Shown here: one piece after another, positions 1-9,393 of the stretch
Layout of the letters: the number at the start of each line of letters is the position of its first letter
Position numbering within the stretch: position 1 is the stretch's first letter
Virus record (IMG/VR): IMGVR_UViG_3300027708_000214
Location: 1 to 32,602 of that record
DNA length: 32,602 nucleotides
Source: a virus
Lineage: Duplodnaviria > Caudoviricetes
Strand: one strand, 5' to 3'
Program-made: the position numbers and the translations under genes
The notes under the pieces: model-generated
Seen by the model: the letters and a program-made list of their open reading frames with translations, nothing else
Told to the model about the DNA's origin: nothing
The model's database searches: none

Positions 1-588
1 GTCGTTGCCGTCAGAAGTAGCCAAGTTCAACACAGCAGTACCGGAAGTTGGGTTGCCCGAACGAGTACCAGCAAAAGCAAACAAGGAACCAAAACGACGA
101 CCAGAGTTGGTGGTTGTAGAACCGCTAGGCTGAGTACCGGCTTGACCGCTGTACTTGATGGAAGCGCCGTCAGCACGAACCATTTGGAGTTCAACGTCAA
201 ACATGATTTCAGTCAATTGCTTGACTTCTTGGTATGCCTGAGGATCGCCACCAGCTTGCTCCACAGCACGGGCGGTGCCAGTAGCACCAATCGTGGTCGT
301 GAAAATCTGGGTGTAGTTACCGCAGTTTGCACGGGTATTGGAAGCAGCGTCAGAAGCAGAAACAGCAGCGCCTTCCAACTTTGCATTCAGAACGGGAGTA
401 CGGTAGTAATCCACGGGCCAGATGTGCAGAGTCGAATTTACTTTACGTTTTTTGCTCATAGCCATGTTAGTGATCGGGGTACGATCCTTAACATAGTTAG
501 AAACGGTCATATCGAGGTCTTTGACGACGATATCGGTGGTATACGAGCCATTGCCGTTACCAAGCGAGGTAGAGGTGATAGTAGCCAT
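1..588 (-). CDS. Major capsid protein (DUF5309/SU10-like), 3' end outside the window
   Basis: Not in the ORF track. ATG at 588 after AGGA, frame open to base 1: MATITSTSLGNGNGSYTTDIVVKDLDMTVSNYVKDRTP...NAKLEG...NYTQIF. Follows portal and scaffold genes. Confidence 0.85.
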   Translation of the reverse strand, partial: MATITSTSLGNGNGSYTTDIVVKDLDMTVSNYVKDRTPITNMAMSKKRKVNSTLHIWPVDYYRTPVLNAKLEGAAVSASDAASNTRANCGNYTQIFTTTIGATGTARAVEQAGGDPQAYQEVKQLTEIMFDVELQMVRADGASIKYSGQAGTQPSGSTTTNSGRRFGSLFAFAGTRSGNPTSGTAVLNLATSDGND

Positions 589-603
589 AATAAATCCTAA
601 AAA

Positions 604-1713
604 TTAACGCTTGCGTTTATTTGATGCAAGCATGGTTGCCAATAAATCCCGAGTCGCATTCTTATCGCCCGAATTTGCTTTCTTTTGCAGAGTTTCCAGC
701 TTGTCTTCAGGAACAGTCTTAGACTTTGCCAGTGTTTTGTTAGCCGCTGCTAACGAACCACCAGCATTTTTGACAATTGGCCCCTCACGGAACTTCATGC
801 CATCACGAATAAGACCCAACAGATATTCATCACTGGATACCAAATCAATATTTGGAACACCAGGAACAAATGCTCCATTTGCACCCTTCCAGTCCTTTGC
901 CAACTTATCTCTAAGTTCGGTAAAGTTTGCCTTGTTTGCCAATTCTTTGTCTGTAAATGATTGCCGAGATTTCTCAAGCGTTTCTTTTACAAATTCAGAC
1001 CTAGCCTGATAAAACTGGTTAACTTTAGGCCGACTTTCCGTAATGAAATCCGATTTTTGCTTAATCAATGCTGCGTTCTGTCGCATTGCTGCTTCAGCTT
1101 CGCTACGTTGAACTTCAGTAGTCGCGTTATCGTAGATTTGCTTCCATTGCTGGTTATATTGTTGCAAGGTTACTAATTCGTTTGCTGCTGTTTCTAGTTG
1201 CGGAACGATAGTAAATTCAAGCCCAATCTGCAAACCGTCCAATTCACTACGGCGCTTACTTTCATACTCTTCAAAATCTGCGCGTTCTGCTTTCAGTTTA
1301 CGAGCATTTTCATGGATAGCACTTCCTTGACCCAGAATGGAAGCCGCACGGCTTGCTGTCATCTCCACAAAGCCGCCTTCTGCGTCTTTATTGGGAATCT
1401 TCAGCATTACATTCGGATTCTGCTCTGCAAAGTCCAGAAAATTAACCGCTTCGTTTACTCCATCAGAGGACTCGTCGTTATTTTCAGAATCTACAGTTTC
1501 TGTTTCCTCAGAATTACCATCTTTAGGTTCAGCACCATTCTCAGGAGCCGCCTCGGGGGAGGGGTTAGCCTCTTGTCCCGCTGGAGGTGGTGAACTGCTT
1601 TCGGGTTGCGGATTGTTACGCTTGTTAGCGGCAATCATGGCAGCGATAGCATCCACTGGATTCACGCTTCCAGTTTGCTCAGGGGCGGTCGATTGCTCGA
1701 TTACGTCTGACAT
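604..1713 (-). CDS. Capsid scaffolding protein
   Basis: 369 aa with acidic disordered N-terminus, coiled-coil middle and basic C-terminus; directly upstream of the capsid gene. Confidence 0.75.
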   Translation of the reverse strand: MSDVIEQSTAPEQTGSVNPVDAIAAMIAANKRNNPQPESSSPPPAGQEANPSPEAAPENGAEPKDGNSEETETVDSENNDESSDGVNEAVNFLDFAEQNPNVMLKIPNKDAEGGFVEMTASRAASILGQGSAIHENARKLKAERADFEEYESKRRSELDGLQIGLEFTIVPQLETAANELVTLQQYNQQWKQIYDNATTEVQRSEAEAAMRQNAALIKQKSDFITESRPKVNQFYQARSEFVKETLEKSRQSFTDKELANKANFTELRDKLAKDWKGANGAFVPGVPNIDLVSSDEYLLGLIRDGMKFREGPIVKNAGGSLAAANKTLAKSKTVPEDKLETLQKKANSGDKNATRDLLATMLASNKRKR

Positions 1714-1717
1714 AAGT

Positions 1718-2047
1718 TTAACTCATTTCTTTAAGGTTAGGTGTAACAGCTACTTTACCGAGATACTCTTGTTGTTCAACAAAGTAAATAAAATCTCGGA
1801 CTCCAGCGACATAATGTGCATTAGTAATACGTTCATTGTCATCCCTACTATCTTCCAAGCGTTCAAGCATTTGGAATCGGTAAAGATTAAACATCAATGC
1901 AAAATCCTCATTTGCCATGAGGCGATTGGCTTTTTCGCCATTTTCAATAACTAGAGTTCTTCGTGTTGCATCCGCTTCCTTTCGTGAATCTTTAATTTTT
2001 GTTCGCTTGTTAAAGTAGCTTCTGATATTCAATACTAGGCTTTTCAT
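1718..2047 (-). CDS. Hypothetical head-module protein
   Basis: 109 aa helical ORF packed between portal and scaffold, AGGA RBS. Confidence 0.7.
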   Translation of the reverse strand: MKSLVLNIRSYFNKRTKIKDSRKEADATRRTLVIENGEKANRLMANEDFALMFNLYRFQMLERLEDSRDDNERITNAHYVAGVRDFIYFVEQQEYLGKVAVTPNLKEMS

Positions 2048-2055
2048 TTCAATCC

Positions 2056-4209
2056 TTAATCAACTTCTTGGGCGCTAAGTTTGCCACGTTTAGCAGCCAA
2101 TGATTCAAAGTAATCGTCAGTATCCATATCCTGAGTCTTACGCTTTGTAAATGCAGTATTAGCCGCAATTTCTTCAGTTTTTGCAGTATTAACTGCGACT
2201 TTAGAACTAATTTCTTGCTGTTCAGGGCTTGGAGGCTGCTGTGACTTGGCTTGGGCAATCTTAGCCGCTTCTTCCATTGTCGGCAAATAGCTATCCACAT
2301 CCTTAACACCCAATACTCGCAAAGTATCTTCGTAAGGCTTACGAGCCTTGATAAACAATTCTGGAACTGATGGGTCAATCTGCATCATGGCTTGAGTAAA
2401 TGCACCTTGAGCCTGAACAATCAATTGTTGACGGGTAAGGCGGTTTTCATCCGACAGGAATCCCAATGCCATGTCAATGTTAATCATTCGGCGGTCAATA
2501 AACTCAAAGTTCTGGATGGAAATAGCATCCATAAATGGTTTGCCTTGAGCGCATACGCCAGCCAATTGCTGAATGTTGTAATCGTCCGAATACTGAACCA
2601 AAGTTTTCCACACAATGTAGATTACATCCCGCAGACCAATAGCGCAGTTTTTAACCATCTCATCTTGGATAAGTTGGTTTGGCCCCATAGCCAGTTGCAA
2701 CTTAAAGCCGCTATTTCCATCCTTCATCACTTCAGGATTCATAACGTCACTTGGGCTGGTCATGCCAATAATCGCCATCTTGTCGGACTCAAACCGCTGC
2801 ATAGACGATTGGACATAAGCTAGGTTACCCTGCATTGCTCCAAATTCGTAAATGTGCTTAGACGGGTCAAACTTGCGATCCAAAATAAACATGGCAGATA
2901 CGCCACGTTGGATTTCTTCCGCATCAATAAACTCTGGATTTACGCCGATACGGGGCGTAGACGCTTGCATGGCAAACGACATTTCAGCCCGTGCAATGGA
3001 AGTGGCGTATTCCTGCATGGGAACCAGTCGTTCAGCCAATGAGTAACCAAAGAAGTTACCAGTAATTGGCTTGGGACACATGGAGGCCAAAGGAATAAAG
3101 TCTACTTCTTTGACATACAAAACATACGAGCCGGAGAAGCAAACTTCAATGATTTCTTCTTCGCCATCGTTATCTACGTCTTTGCGAATCCATGCGGTAG
3201 TCAGCATAATGACTCGGCTGTAGCGGTCAGCGCCAGCAGAAGCAATTACACCTTGGCCTGGAACGGGAGTTGAGTCACGGGCATGAAGAGCCAAATCGTT
3301 TTCCAAAGCGCCAGCTTGGTATGCTCCGGCAGGGCCGTAAGCAGCGTGATCTGCCAGTTTCTCAAGGTCAACGTATGGGAACTGCGCTTTGCACTCATGG
3401 ATCGTCATTGGATCGTAAAAGCCAACAAAGTCTTGGTCTTGAATGCCAGAGATTGTTGGGTTGCAAACAAAGTAATGTTGAGCAACGTGTTTGACTCGGA
3501 CGGTTGTAGAGTATCCAGTAAGTTTGTACTTGGCCTTGTAAACCTTGTTTTTATTTAAGGCATCAGTCAAGTCTTCGCTAGTAGGAGCGCCATTGGCTGC
3601 GGCTTGCTCAATTGCACCTTGTAGGTCAACATCTGCCAGTTTCATTTCTTGGCGTTTGGCAGTAAGACCTTTTTCACCAGCCATTGTTTCAAAGACCCGC
3701 AATTGGTCTTTAGTGCCGGTAACTTCCTTGTACTGCGTAATAGGTTCACGCACGGGAGAAACCATCACAATGCCGTTTTTGTGCAACAAGGAATCTTGCG
3801 CCCAATCCCGAATAATCTGATAGGAATCATTGCGACTGTTAAGCATATACTTAACCATCTCTGTCGCTTGATTGGACTGGTCTGTGTCTTGTTCGCTAAA
3901 GCGTTCAAACTCAAAGTTAACCTTGCCGTTTGGCATCAGGCACTTGGTAATGATGGCTGTAGCGTAATCAACGCCAGGTGTGACTACAGGGTGAATGTAA
4001 TCAATGCCTCGGATTGGTTCTGTTGAGTTACTTACCGGAATATTCAGGTAGTGGTAATCAGAAAGGCGGTTGAAAGTGTTCTTAGCTTGCGTCAATCGCA
4101 AGTAATCCACCATCTTCAAATAAACTTCATGGGCGACTTGGAACTCAATGCCCTTATTACCGGCAGGAGCCTCAATGTAGGGGACAATCAGATTTTGTTT
4201 ATCAAGCAT
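2056..4209 (-). CDS. Portal protein
   Basis: 717 aa immediately after the large terminase; portal-like segments (D..A.QATEMVKY, DSLLHKNGIV, FFGYSLAERLVPMQ) and Q-rich C-terminus. Confidence 0.88.
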   Translation of the reverse strand: MLDKQNLIVPYIEAPAGNKGIEFQVAHEVYLKMVDYLRLTQAKNTFNRLSDYHYLNIPVSNSTEPIRGIDYIHPVVTPGVDYATAIITKCLMPNGKVNFEFERFSEQDTDQSNQATEMVKYMLNSRNDSYQIIRDWAQDSLLHKNGIVMVSPVREPITQYKEVTGTKDQLRVFETMAGEKGLTAKRQEMKLADVDLQGAIEQAAANGAPTSEDLTDALNKNKVYKAKYKLTGYSTTVRVKHVAQHYFVCNPTISGIQDQDFVGFYDPMTIHECKAQFPYVDLEKLADHAAYGPAGAYQAGALENDLALHARDSTPVPGQGVIASAGADRYSRVIMLTTAWIRKDVDNDGEEEIIEVCFSGSYVLYVKEVDFIPLASMCPKPITGNFFGYSLAERLVPMQEYATSIARAEMSFAMQASTPRIGVNPEFIDAEEIQRGVSAMFILDRKFDPSKHIYEFGAMQGNLAYVQSSMQRFESDKMAIIGMTSPSDVMNPEVMKDGNSGFKLQLAMGPNQLIQDEMVKNCAIGLRDVIYIVWKTLVQYSDDYNIQQLAGVCAQGKPFMDAISIQNFEFIDRRMINIDMALGFLSDENRLTRQQLIVQAQGAFTQAMMQIDPSVPELFIKARKPYEDTLRVLGVKDVDSYLPTMEEAAKIAQAKSQQPPSPEQQEISSKVAVNTAKTEEIAANTAFTKRKTQDMDTDDYFESLAAKRGKLSAQEVD

Positions 4210-4217
4210 TTTGTATC

Positions 4218-5810
4218 CTATATTCGCTGGACTTTGCCGTCCAAGGCTTCTGGTCTGCGTCTTGCAAAAGTATTAGCGCGGCTAACCATTGATTCACCAT
4301 GACCTTGAATTAATGCGAGTATACCAATACGAGCAGAATCTATGTGGTCATCTTTACCAAGGAACTTACCGGCATCGTCAATGGCGTAGTTTCTGGCTTC
4401 ATCCAAAAACTCCACGCAAGATTCATTAATCATAAAAGTCCCACGTTCCATTCCGGTACGCATGACGTTAATACCATAGGAAATGTGGTTTGTAACCTTG
4501 CCTTGATCGTTTGGCGGGTTAAGAATAGCGCCAGGAATGCAATTTAGATTGTAATTGTCTTCAAAGACTTCACGAACAGATTGTTCTGTAAGGGTATAAC
4601 GACCAGCCGTGCCCGCGTCATGCGGTAAAGCAATTGGTACATTGCGAGATTCTCTGTCAAGTAAGTAATGGACGTACTCGTCAGGGGTTTCTCCTTGAGG
4701 AACGGTAATTTGGCGATGAAGATAAATAATTTCCTCGACAGGATCGCGGAAAAGGAACGAGATAACAGTCGGGTCGTTCTTAATTCCCAAGTCAAAAGAA
4801 ATAAGACGCTCCATTTTTTCATTAGATTTAAGGTCAACGTCAATTCCTTTGTAAGTAGGCCACTTGAGCATTGGGAATACAACGCCTTTGCCTACCATTG
4901 GGATACCATTTATACGGCATTCACGCTCCCAAGGCATAAAGTCTCGGGACAATTGCTCACGTTCTTCCTTGGAAAAGAATGGTTCACCCCATTCGTTTTC
5001 ATAGGGAATGTCGTTCCATGTAACCCGAACGTGGCAGTAGCCCTCAATGTTGTCCCAGAACTTGCGTACAAGCCCTGATAAACCCTTTAGTGGGGTGAAG
5101 GAACAGATAACCTGTCCGTTTCTAGATGCTGTACGGACAACAAGTTCTGAAAAAGTCTCATCTGGCGGTTGTTCGTCAAGGACAACGAGGTCGAGTTCAA
5201 ATCCTTGCAGGTGTCGGACTTGTTGCGTGTAATTCGAAAAGTAGAGTTTTGATTTTCCACCGGTAATGTGCCAGACTTCAATAGCCAACACGTTTGCGCC
5301 GTCCGTGCGTATGGATTTTTCATCAATGTCTTCCAGAGGAATTGAACCTGTTCCCAATTTATAGGACTGCTTGATATCGTCACAACCCAATAACTTGGAC
5401 TGCAAAGTCTTGGCTACCTGTTCCCAAGATTCACCAGAGGCCATAACAATGATGGGTTTATCCCAACGCTTGCCTTTCCAATCCTTTGGATACTTGCCTG
5501 TCAGATGATAGGCAGTTTCATAGGTAGACGCGATTGTTTTACCAGCACGATTAGCAGCAATCATGCCACGGCGAGAATATTTTGCGCCGGTTTCAAAGAA
5601 TTTTGATTGGTAAGGAAAAGGACGAAACCACTTTAAGGTATTAAATTGCATATCTTTTGCAATCTTGTCCCTTGCAACGTGCATCGCCCTTATCTGGTCT
5701 TCATCCAAATACTTGAGGTATTGTTTGCCACCAGCAAGTTTAACCAAATGCTTTAACGCACGTTCTTTGTAAATGGGCTGAATGTAACTACTGGCTTCAC
5801 TCTTTGCCAT
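4218..5810 (-). CDS. terL: Terminase large subunit (P22-like ATPase plus nuclease)
   Basis: Walker A AANRAGKT, Walker B LVVLDE, motif III FTPLKG, nuclease motifs ISFDLG and KDDHIDSAR. Confidence 0.95.
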   Translation of the reverse strand: MAKSEASSYIQPIYKERALKHLVKLAGGKQYLKYLDEDQIRAMHVARDKIAKDMQFNTLKWFRPFPYQSKFFETGAKYSRRGMIAANRAGKTIASTYETAYHLTGKYPKDWKGKRWDKPIIVMASGESWEQVAKTLQSKLLGCDDIKQSYKLGTGSIPLEDIDEKSIRTDGANVLAIEVWHITGGKSKLYFSNYTQQVRHLQGFELDLVVLDEQPPDETFSELVVRTASRNGQVICSFTPLKGLSGLVRKFWDNIEGYCHVRVTWNDIPYENEWGEPFFSKEEREQLSRDFMPWERECRINGIPMVGKGVVFPMLKWPTYKGIDVDLKSNEKMERLISFDLGIKNDPTVISFLFRDPVEEIIYLHRQITVPQGETPDEYVHYLLDRESRNVPIALPHDAGTAGRYTLTEQSVREVFEDNYNLNCIPGAILNPPNDQGKVTNHISYGINVMRTGMERGTFMINESCVEFLDEARNYAIDDAGKFLGKDDHIDSARIGILALIQGHGESMVSRANTFARRRPEALDGKVQRI

Positions 5811-5985
5811 AGTAATCGCGCATTGTTAAAAGTATCTGGGCAGCAGAGGTAAGGTAGTAAATGTCTTCCGGAGAAAGGGCTTTTGCCCCTTGCAGGTCTT
5901 TCTGCAATGTTTCCAAAGTTTTACGAGCGCATACCTCTGCTTGACCAGATAGTTTTTGCCGAAAAAGAACAGCGTAGTCTTCCAT
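5797..5985 (-). CDS. Hypothetical protein (62 aa)
   Basis: ATG at 5985 overlaps the upstream stop (TAATG); 3' end overlaps the terL start. Confidence 0.6.
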   Translation of the reverse strand: MEDYAVLFRQKLSGQAEVCARKTLETLQKDLQGAKALSPEDIYYLTSAAQILLTMRDYYGKE

Positions 5986-6626
5986 TACGCCCAAGGATTA
6001 GTGACGTTCTTCTCAATATGAGCCAAGAAGTTACGGTCAATCAAGGGCCAAATACCGCCGCCTTTTTCGCCAATGCAGTAAGCGTAGATTCCGCGACCTT
6101 TTTCAGTAAAAGTTCCATCGGGACGCTTGAGTAGGATTTCTTCAGTACGAGGATCAATCCAACCATAACGCTCAGGCTGCTTAACGCCATACTTGTTGAT
6201 ACGTTCACCAATAGCGATCTGTTCAACAGGGCCATTGATTTGGTATGTAATAGCGCCGTTATCGTACTTATAGAAGTCGATTTGGACTTTGCGGTCAGAT
6301 TGTGGATCAAGAGGATGGGGCATATTAGTCGCACCAAAGAAGTGAATGCGGCTATCAATGCCAGGCAAATCTTTTGGACGCTCTGGCAAAGGAGGCAACT
6401 CATCCTGCGGGATCAACTCTTTTTTGTCTACATAGGGATTTACATCACTAATGTATTCAGCGGGAATCTTTTTCCCCTCAAGGGCGTTTTTTGCCGCCAA
6501 GTATTGGTCTGCTTTTGGCTTACCAATTAGGTCTAACGAAATGTTAGTCTTGTCATACACAAACTGTGCCAACTCTTTTGCAGTTGGCAGGTCTTCCTTA
6601 AGCGATTCAATATCATACGTTGCCAT
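5985..6626 (-). CDS. Hypothetical protein (213 aa)
   Basis: AAGGA RBS, in-operon packing, no family recognised. Confidence 0.75.
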   Translation of the reverse strand: MATYDIESLKEDLPTAKELAQFVYDKTNISLDLIGKPKADQYLAAKNALEGKKIPAEYISDVNPYVDKKELIPQDELPPLPERPKDLPGIDSRIHFFGATNMPHPLDPQSDRKVQIDFYKYDNGAITYQINGPVEQIAIGERINKYGVKQPERYGWIDPRTEEILLKRPDGTFTEKGRGIYAYCIGEKGGGIWPLIDRNFLAHIEKNVTNPWA

Positions 6627-6634
6627 AAAATTCC

Positions 6635-6793
6635 TTATTGGTTAGCAGGGGGTTCAATGTTATTGTGGTCAATCTCATCACCAACTTGTGGTTTGTGAAG
6701 AGCAATGAATGCATCGTGCAGGAGAACTTTTAGTTCGCCTTCGATAGCCCAAATTTTGTTTTCAATATCGCGTTTAAATGCTTCGATAATCAT
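6635..6793 (-). CDS. Hypothetical protein (52 aa)
   Basis: ATG at 6793 just after the upstream stop, AAGGT RBS. Confidence 0.5.
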   Translation of the reverse strand: MIIEAFKRDIENKIWAIEGELKVLLHDAFIALHKPQVGDEIDHNNIEPPANQ

Positions 6794-6794
6794 A

Positions 6795-7019
6795 TTAGAC
6801 CTTTGCGGGACGTTTGCCAGCGGTGAACTTGCCACCATTAATATCTTGAGTGTGTTGCTCAGACAGGGTATTTACCTTGTAAGCATTGTTGACAGAAGTC
6901 GCAATGGTTTGCGAACGCTCACGGCGGTCAGCAAGGCCATCCAGTTTGTCATTAATGCCTTTTGTAAGACCTTTGCTCATCTGTTTACCGCCAGAGATTA
7001 CGGTTCCGTATGCAGACAT
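6795..7019 (-). CDS. Hypothetical basic protein (74 aa)
   Basis: GAGGT RBS, operon packing. Confidence 0.65.
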   Translation of the reverse strand: MSAYGTVISGGKQMSKGLTKGINDKLDGLADRRERSQTIATSVNNAYKVNTLSEQHTQDINGGKFTAGKRPAKV

Positions 7020-7026
7020 ATTAACC

Positions 7027-7296
7027 TCACTTCAAATAGTTTTTACGGTCACTATTCATGTAACCATCATTGTGGCAAGCGCCATCATAACCAACGGGCT
7101 TGGACAACTTAACAGATTGCTTCATAGCGGGAGCATTGTTGTTACCAAAAGGATCGCGCACCTTGGGAGCGCCTTGATTGCCAGCAGGAGTAGCCAGTTT
7201 GCCAGAACCGCTAGGAACAGACTTGTGTTCAGCAGGATGCTTGGATTGATTACCCTTGCGATTAGGCGCTTGGGCGTACAAGAAATTGGTAGACAT
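7027..7296 (-). CDS. Hypothetical low-complexity basic protein (89 aa)
   Basis: ATG at 7296 after AAGGG, just downstream of the previous stop. Confidence 0.6.
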   Translation of the reverse strand: MSTNFLYAQAPNRKGNQSKHPAEHKSVPSGSGKLATPAGNQGAPKVRDPFGNNNAPAMKQSVKLSKPVGYDGACHNDGYMNSDRKNYLK

Positions 7297-7300
7297 AGGA

Positions 7301-7447
7301 TTAACCCTTCTTTTTGCGTTTATCGTCAGAATCACGTTTCATTGCGTAAGCAATGGCGGCGGCTTGGTCAGGCTTCTTACCGGCCTTAATTTCAGTCTTA
7401 ATATTTTTTTCAAAGGTTTTCTTTGATGTACCAGATTTTAGCGGCAT
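7301..7447 (-). CDS. Small basic phage protein (48 aa, MPLKSG...QAAAIAY type)
   Basis: MPLKSGTSKKTFEKNIKTEIKAGKKPDQAAAIAYAMKR resembles small basic proteins often found next to terminase genes; AAGGTG RBS. Confidence 0.7.
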   Translation of the reverse strand: MPLKSGTSKKTFEKNIKTEIKAGKKPDQAAAIAYAMKRDSDDKRKKKG

Positions 7448-7448
7448 A

Positions 7449-7916
7449 TTACACCTTTCTAAGTGATTCCATAAAGTCTTCCAAAGCGTCATCAGCCGTA
7501 ACTTCTTCTTCTTTGTTGATATTCTGAACGTGTTCAATCGAGATGATTGGCGCACGACTAGATTCAAAGGGAGCCAGCTTATCAGCGATTTTAGCCTTAT
7601 CTTTAATATCTAGTTCATCAGATTGCATAGCCTCAATAAGAACTTCCATAGCCGTCTTCAAGGGCGGGAACCCTTTAGCAATATGTTCATCATTGAGTTT
7701 GTTAAACAAAGCACCATACTCGGTAACCCGATTAACCACGGATTTTGGTCGTCCAGGAGAGTGGCTTGCTGGTTTGGGTTCTTTTGGCAATGCTTGTCCA
7801 GTAGCCAGCTTCTGCGCCCGTTTCTCGGCACGTTTTTTAGCAGAATAAGCCCGAGCGTACTCTTTCTGCTTTTCAGTAGAAACAGTCTTACCTTCTGGCC
7901 TTATTTCGTCAAGCAT
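7449..7916 (-). CDS. Putative terminase small subunit
   Basis: 155 aa with basic N-terminus, PGRPK motif and helical EVLIEAMQ...AKIADKLAPF segment; near the start of the packaging operon. Confidence 0.55.
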   Translation of the reverse strand: MLDEIRPEGKTVSTEKQKEYARAYSAKKRAEKRAQKLATGQALPKEPKPASHSPGRPKSVVNRVTEYGALFNKLNDEHIAKGFPPLKTAMEVLIEAMQSDELDIKDKAKIADKLAPFESSRAPIISIEHVQNINKEEEVTADDALEDFMESLRKV

Positions 7917-8425
7917 TTCAATCCTTCTTCAGTCCGTATCCAAGCATAGGAGCCGTTGACAGTAAACCCACGCCGTTTGTGAAGCCTCATAAACACATCG
8001 TGTTCAGGTCGAATGCTGGTAGAGCAAATGACCGGAATTCCACAATTTGCTGCCCATAGTATATGTTGGTCAATCATTTCGTCAATAAGGCGTATTTTGA
8101 GCCTTGCAGACAGGTCTGGTTCAACATGGTGGAATTTGGCGTTGGAAATCTCTTCGTGGGAGTAGGTCGTATACCCAAACCTGTCAAACCAGCAGTAAGC
8201 CAGCATTCGCTCACTATCCTCTTTGGTTTCCCGACACACTGCCAAGAACTCTTTGGTCTTGTCAAACAGTTGGACAGTAGACGCAACAGTAACATTCTTA
8301 CGGAATATCTCTTTGTTCTTCTGGAGAATGCCTCCAGTATCCACAAAGTATTGATCCGCCATGTTGACGATCTCAGTCACATCTTCAAGAGGATGCGCTA
8401 ATTTCCACTCACGTTGAGATTCCAT
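7901..8425 (-). CDS. Putative GNAT-fold acetyltransferase-like protein (174 aa)
   Basis: ATG at 8425 with GGAG RBS; pattern FLAVC...MLAYCWF...FHHVEPD...LIDEMI..WA..CG...RLHKRRGF fits a GNAT fold, but the acetyl-CoA loop is degenerate. Confidence 0.5.
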   Translation of the reverse strand: MESQREWKLAHPLEDVTEIVNMADQYFVDTGGILQKNKEIFRKNVTVASTVQLFDKTKEFLAVCRETKEDSERMLAYCWFDRFGYTTYSHEEISNAKFHHVEPDLSARLKIRLIDEMIDQHILWAANCGIPVICSTSIRPEHDVFMRLHKRRGFTVNGSYAWIRTEEGLKCLTK

Positions 8426-8436
8426 TGCAATGCTCC

Positions 8437-8630
8437 AAAAAAGTTTTGGGTAAAAATTTTTATACAGGGAATTGTATAGGTGTTTTTCCATGACTGCTGC
8501 ATTGGGTAAATGTTGGGGTAAAAGTTTTTGTAGAAATTTTGGGAATGGGTGACCGGCCCCCCTCTTTCCGCACAATCCGCAGGGGTACCCCCTCTGCTTG
8601 GGGGGGTCTGATGCCAGGACTGGGGGGGTG
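8437..8630. other. Candidate packaging/terminus region: A/T tracts, TTGGG(G)TAAA repeats, palindromes, G/C runs
   Basis: TTGGGTAAA at 8446 and 8502, TTGGGGTAAAA at 8513, inverted repeat TATACA-N6-TGTATA at 8461-8478, palindrome GGGGTACCCC at 8582-8591, several runs of 5 or more G or C; upstream of the terminase operon. Confidence 0.45.
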
Positions 8631-8946
8631 GTTTAGATTAAATCAGGGGGAATGATTTACTCGGGGGAAGGGTGCCCGATCATTCAAAGGGTTTTTTGTT
8701 AGCCAGTCTGACGTTTCCCGATATCCCAAACCCTATGCGCCTATATGTTTTCCCTTACTGTTATGAGAGACAAACTAGGCCTGAGTGCTTAGGATTGCGC
8801 GGATTGATAGGCCAAAGTTTTAACCCGTGTCTTTATGGTGTCAGACTATACGTTCAGGGCAGCTAATGGCCTAAGGTTAAAGGTTTTTTTTCGATGCGCT
8901 TGAATTGTGCATTTTCAAGTACGTTATGCACTTAACGCATAAAAAC

Positions 8947-8966
8947 TACTGTATATAAACACATTA
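8947..8966. promoter_or_regulatory. Degenerate LexA (SOS) box
   Basis: TACTGTATATAAACACATTA against CTG-N10-CAG; CAT replaces CAG at a conserved position. Confidence 0.35.
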
Positions 8967-8985
8967 GGGTTTTTCTTAGATGTGC

Positions 8986-8998
8986 TAAGTGGTTGATT
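8986..8998 (-). promoter_or_regulatory. IHF binding site
   Basis: Minus-strand AATCAACCACTTA matches WATCAANNNNTTR, in an AT-rich intergenic region. Confidence 0.5.
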
Positions 8999-9070
8999 TA
9001 TAAGGCTTTTTTAAAAGCTGGCACGTTTCTATTATGCTATATAGGTAAGAGGGTAAACTTTTACCTTCTA

Positions 9071-9393
9071 TTAACCTTTTGGAGCATTCAAAATGATCAT
9101 TCTCTCAACCAAATTGAAAAACCGATTCACTGCAGCGCATAGCGTTTCATTAAAAAACATAAGCATAAATGGCGATAAAAGGGGTTGCAGCGGGTTTATA
9201 TCGCTAGGTGATCGTATCGTGTACGTAAATACTGAAAGCTTTGGATCATTGGGCTATATGTATCGCACTGCAAAGCACTTAAAGGACTACACGGGCGAAG
9301 TAAATCAATGGGCCAAAGATATCGATTCTTTGGTTTTTGGTATCAATAAAGCACTTTCACAATAAATTTAACCTTTTGGAGAATTCACAATGA
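9071..9393 (+). repeat. 26-nt direct repeat pair (9071-9096, 9368-9393)
   Basis: TTAACCTTTTGGAGcATTCAaAATGA and TTAACCTTTTGGAGaATTCAcAATGA, 24/26 identical; each contains an RBS and ATG. Confidence 0.85.
9093..9365 (+). CDS. Hypothetical protein (90 aa)
   Basis: GGAG RBS; bracketed by a 26-nt direct repeat. Confidence 0.75.
   Translation: MIILSTKLKNRFTAAHSVSLKNISINGDKRGCSGFISLGDRIVYVNTESFGSLGYMYRTAKHLKDYTGEVNQWAKDIDSLVFGINKALSQ

Noticed and set aside
142-600. 152-aa plus-strand ORF, and the many other ORFs antisense to head, replication, lysis and tail genes
   Set aside because: Shadow frames of well-supported genes on the opposite strand; no RBS or motifs.
8426-8575. 50-codon N-terminal extension of the GNAT-like ORF
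   Set aside because: Runs through repeat and A-tract DNA; the ATG at 8425 has a clear GGAG RBS.
8672-8866. 64-aa plus-strand ORF
   Set aside because: GTG start in a G-run region with no protein-like features; cannot be supported.
9019-9038. Sigma54 promoter
   Set aside because: TGGCAC is present but the GC dinucleotide is 4 nt too far for the strict -24/-12 spacing.
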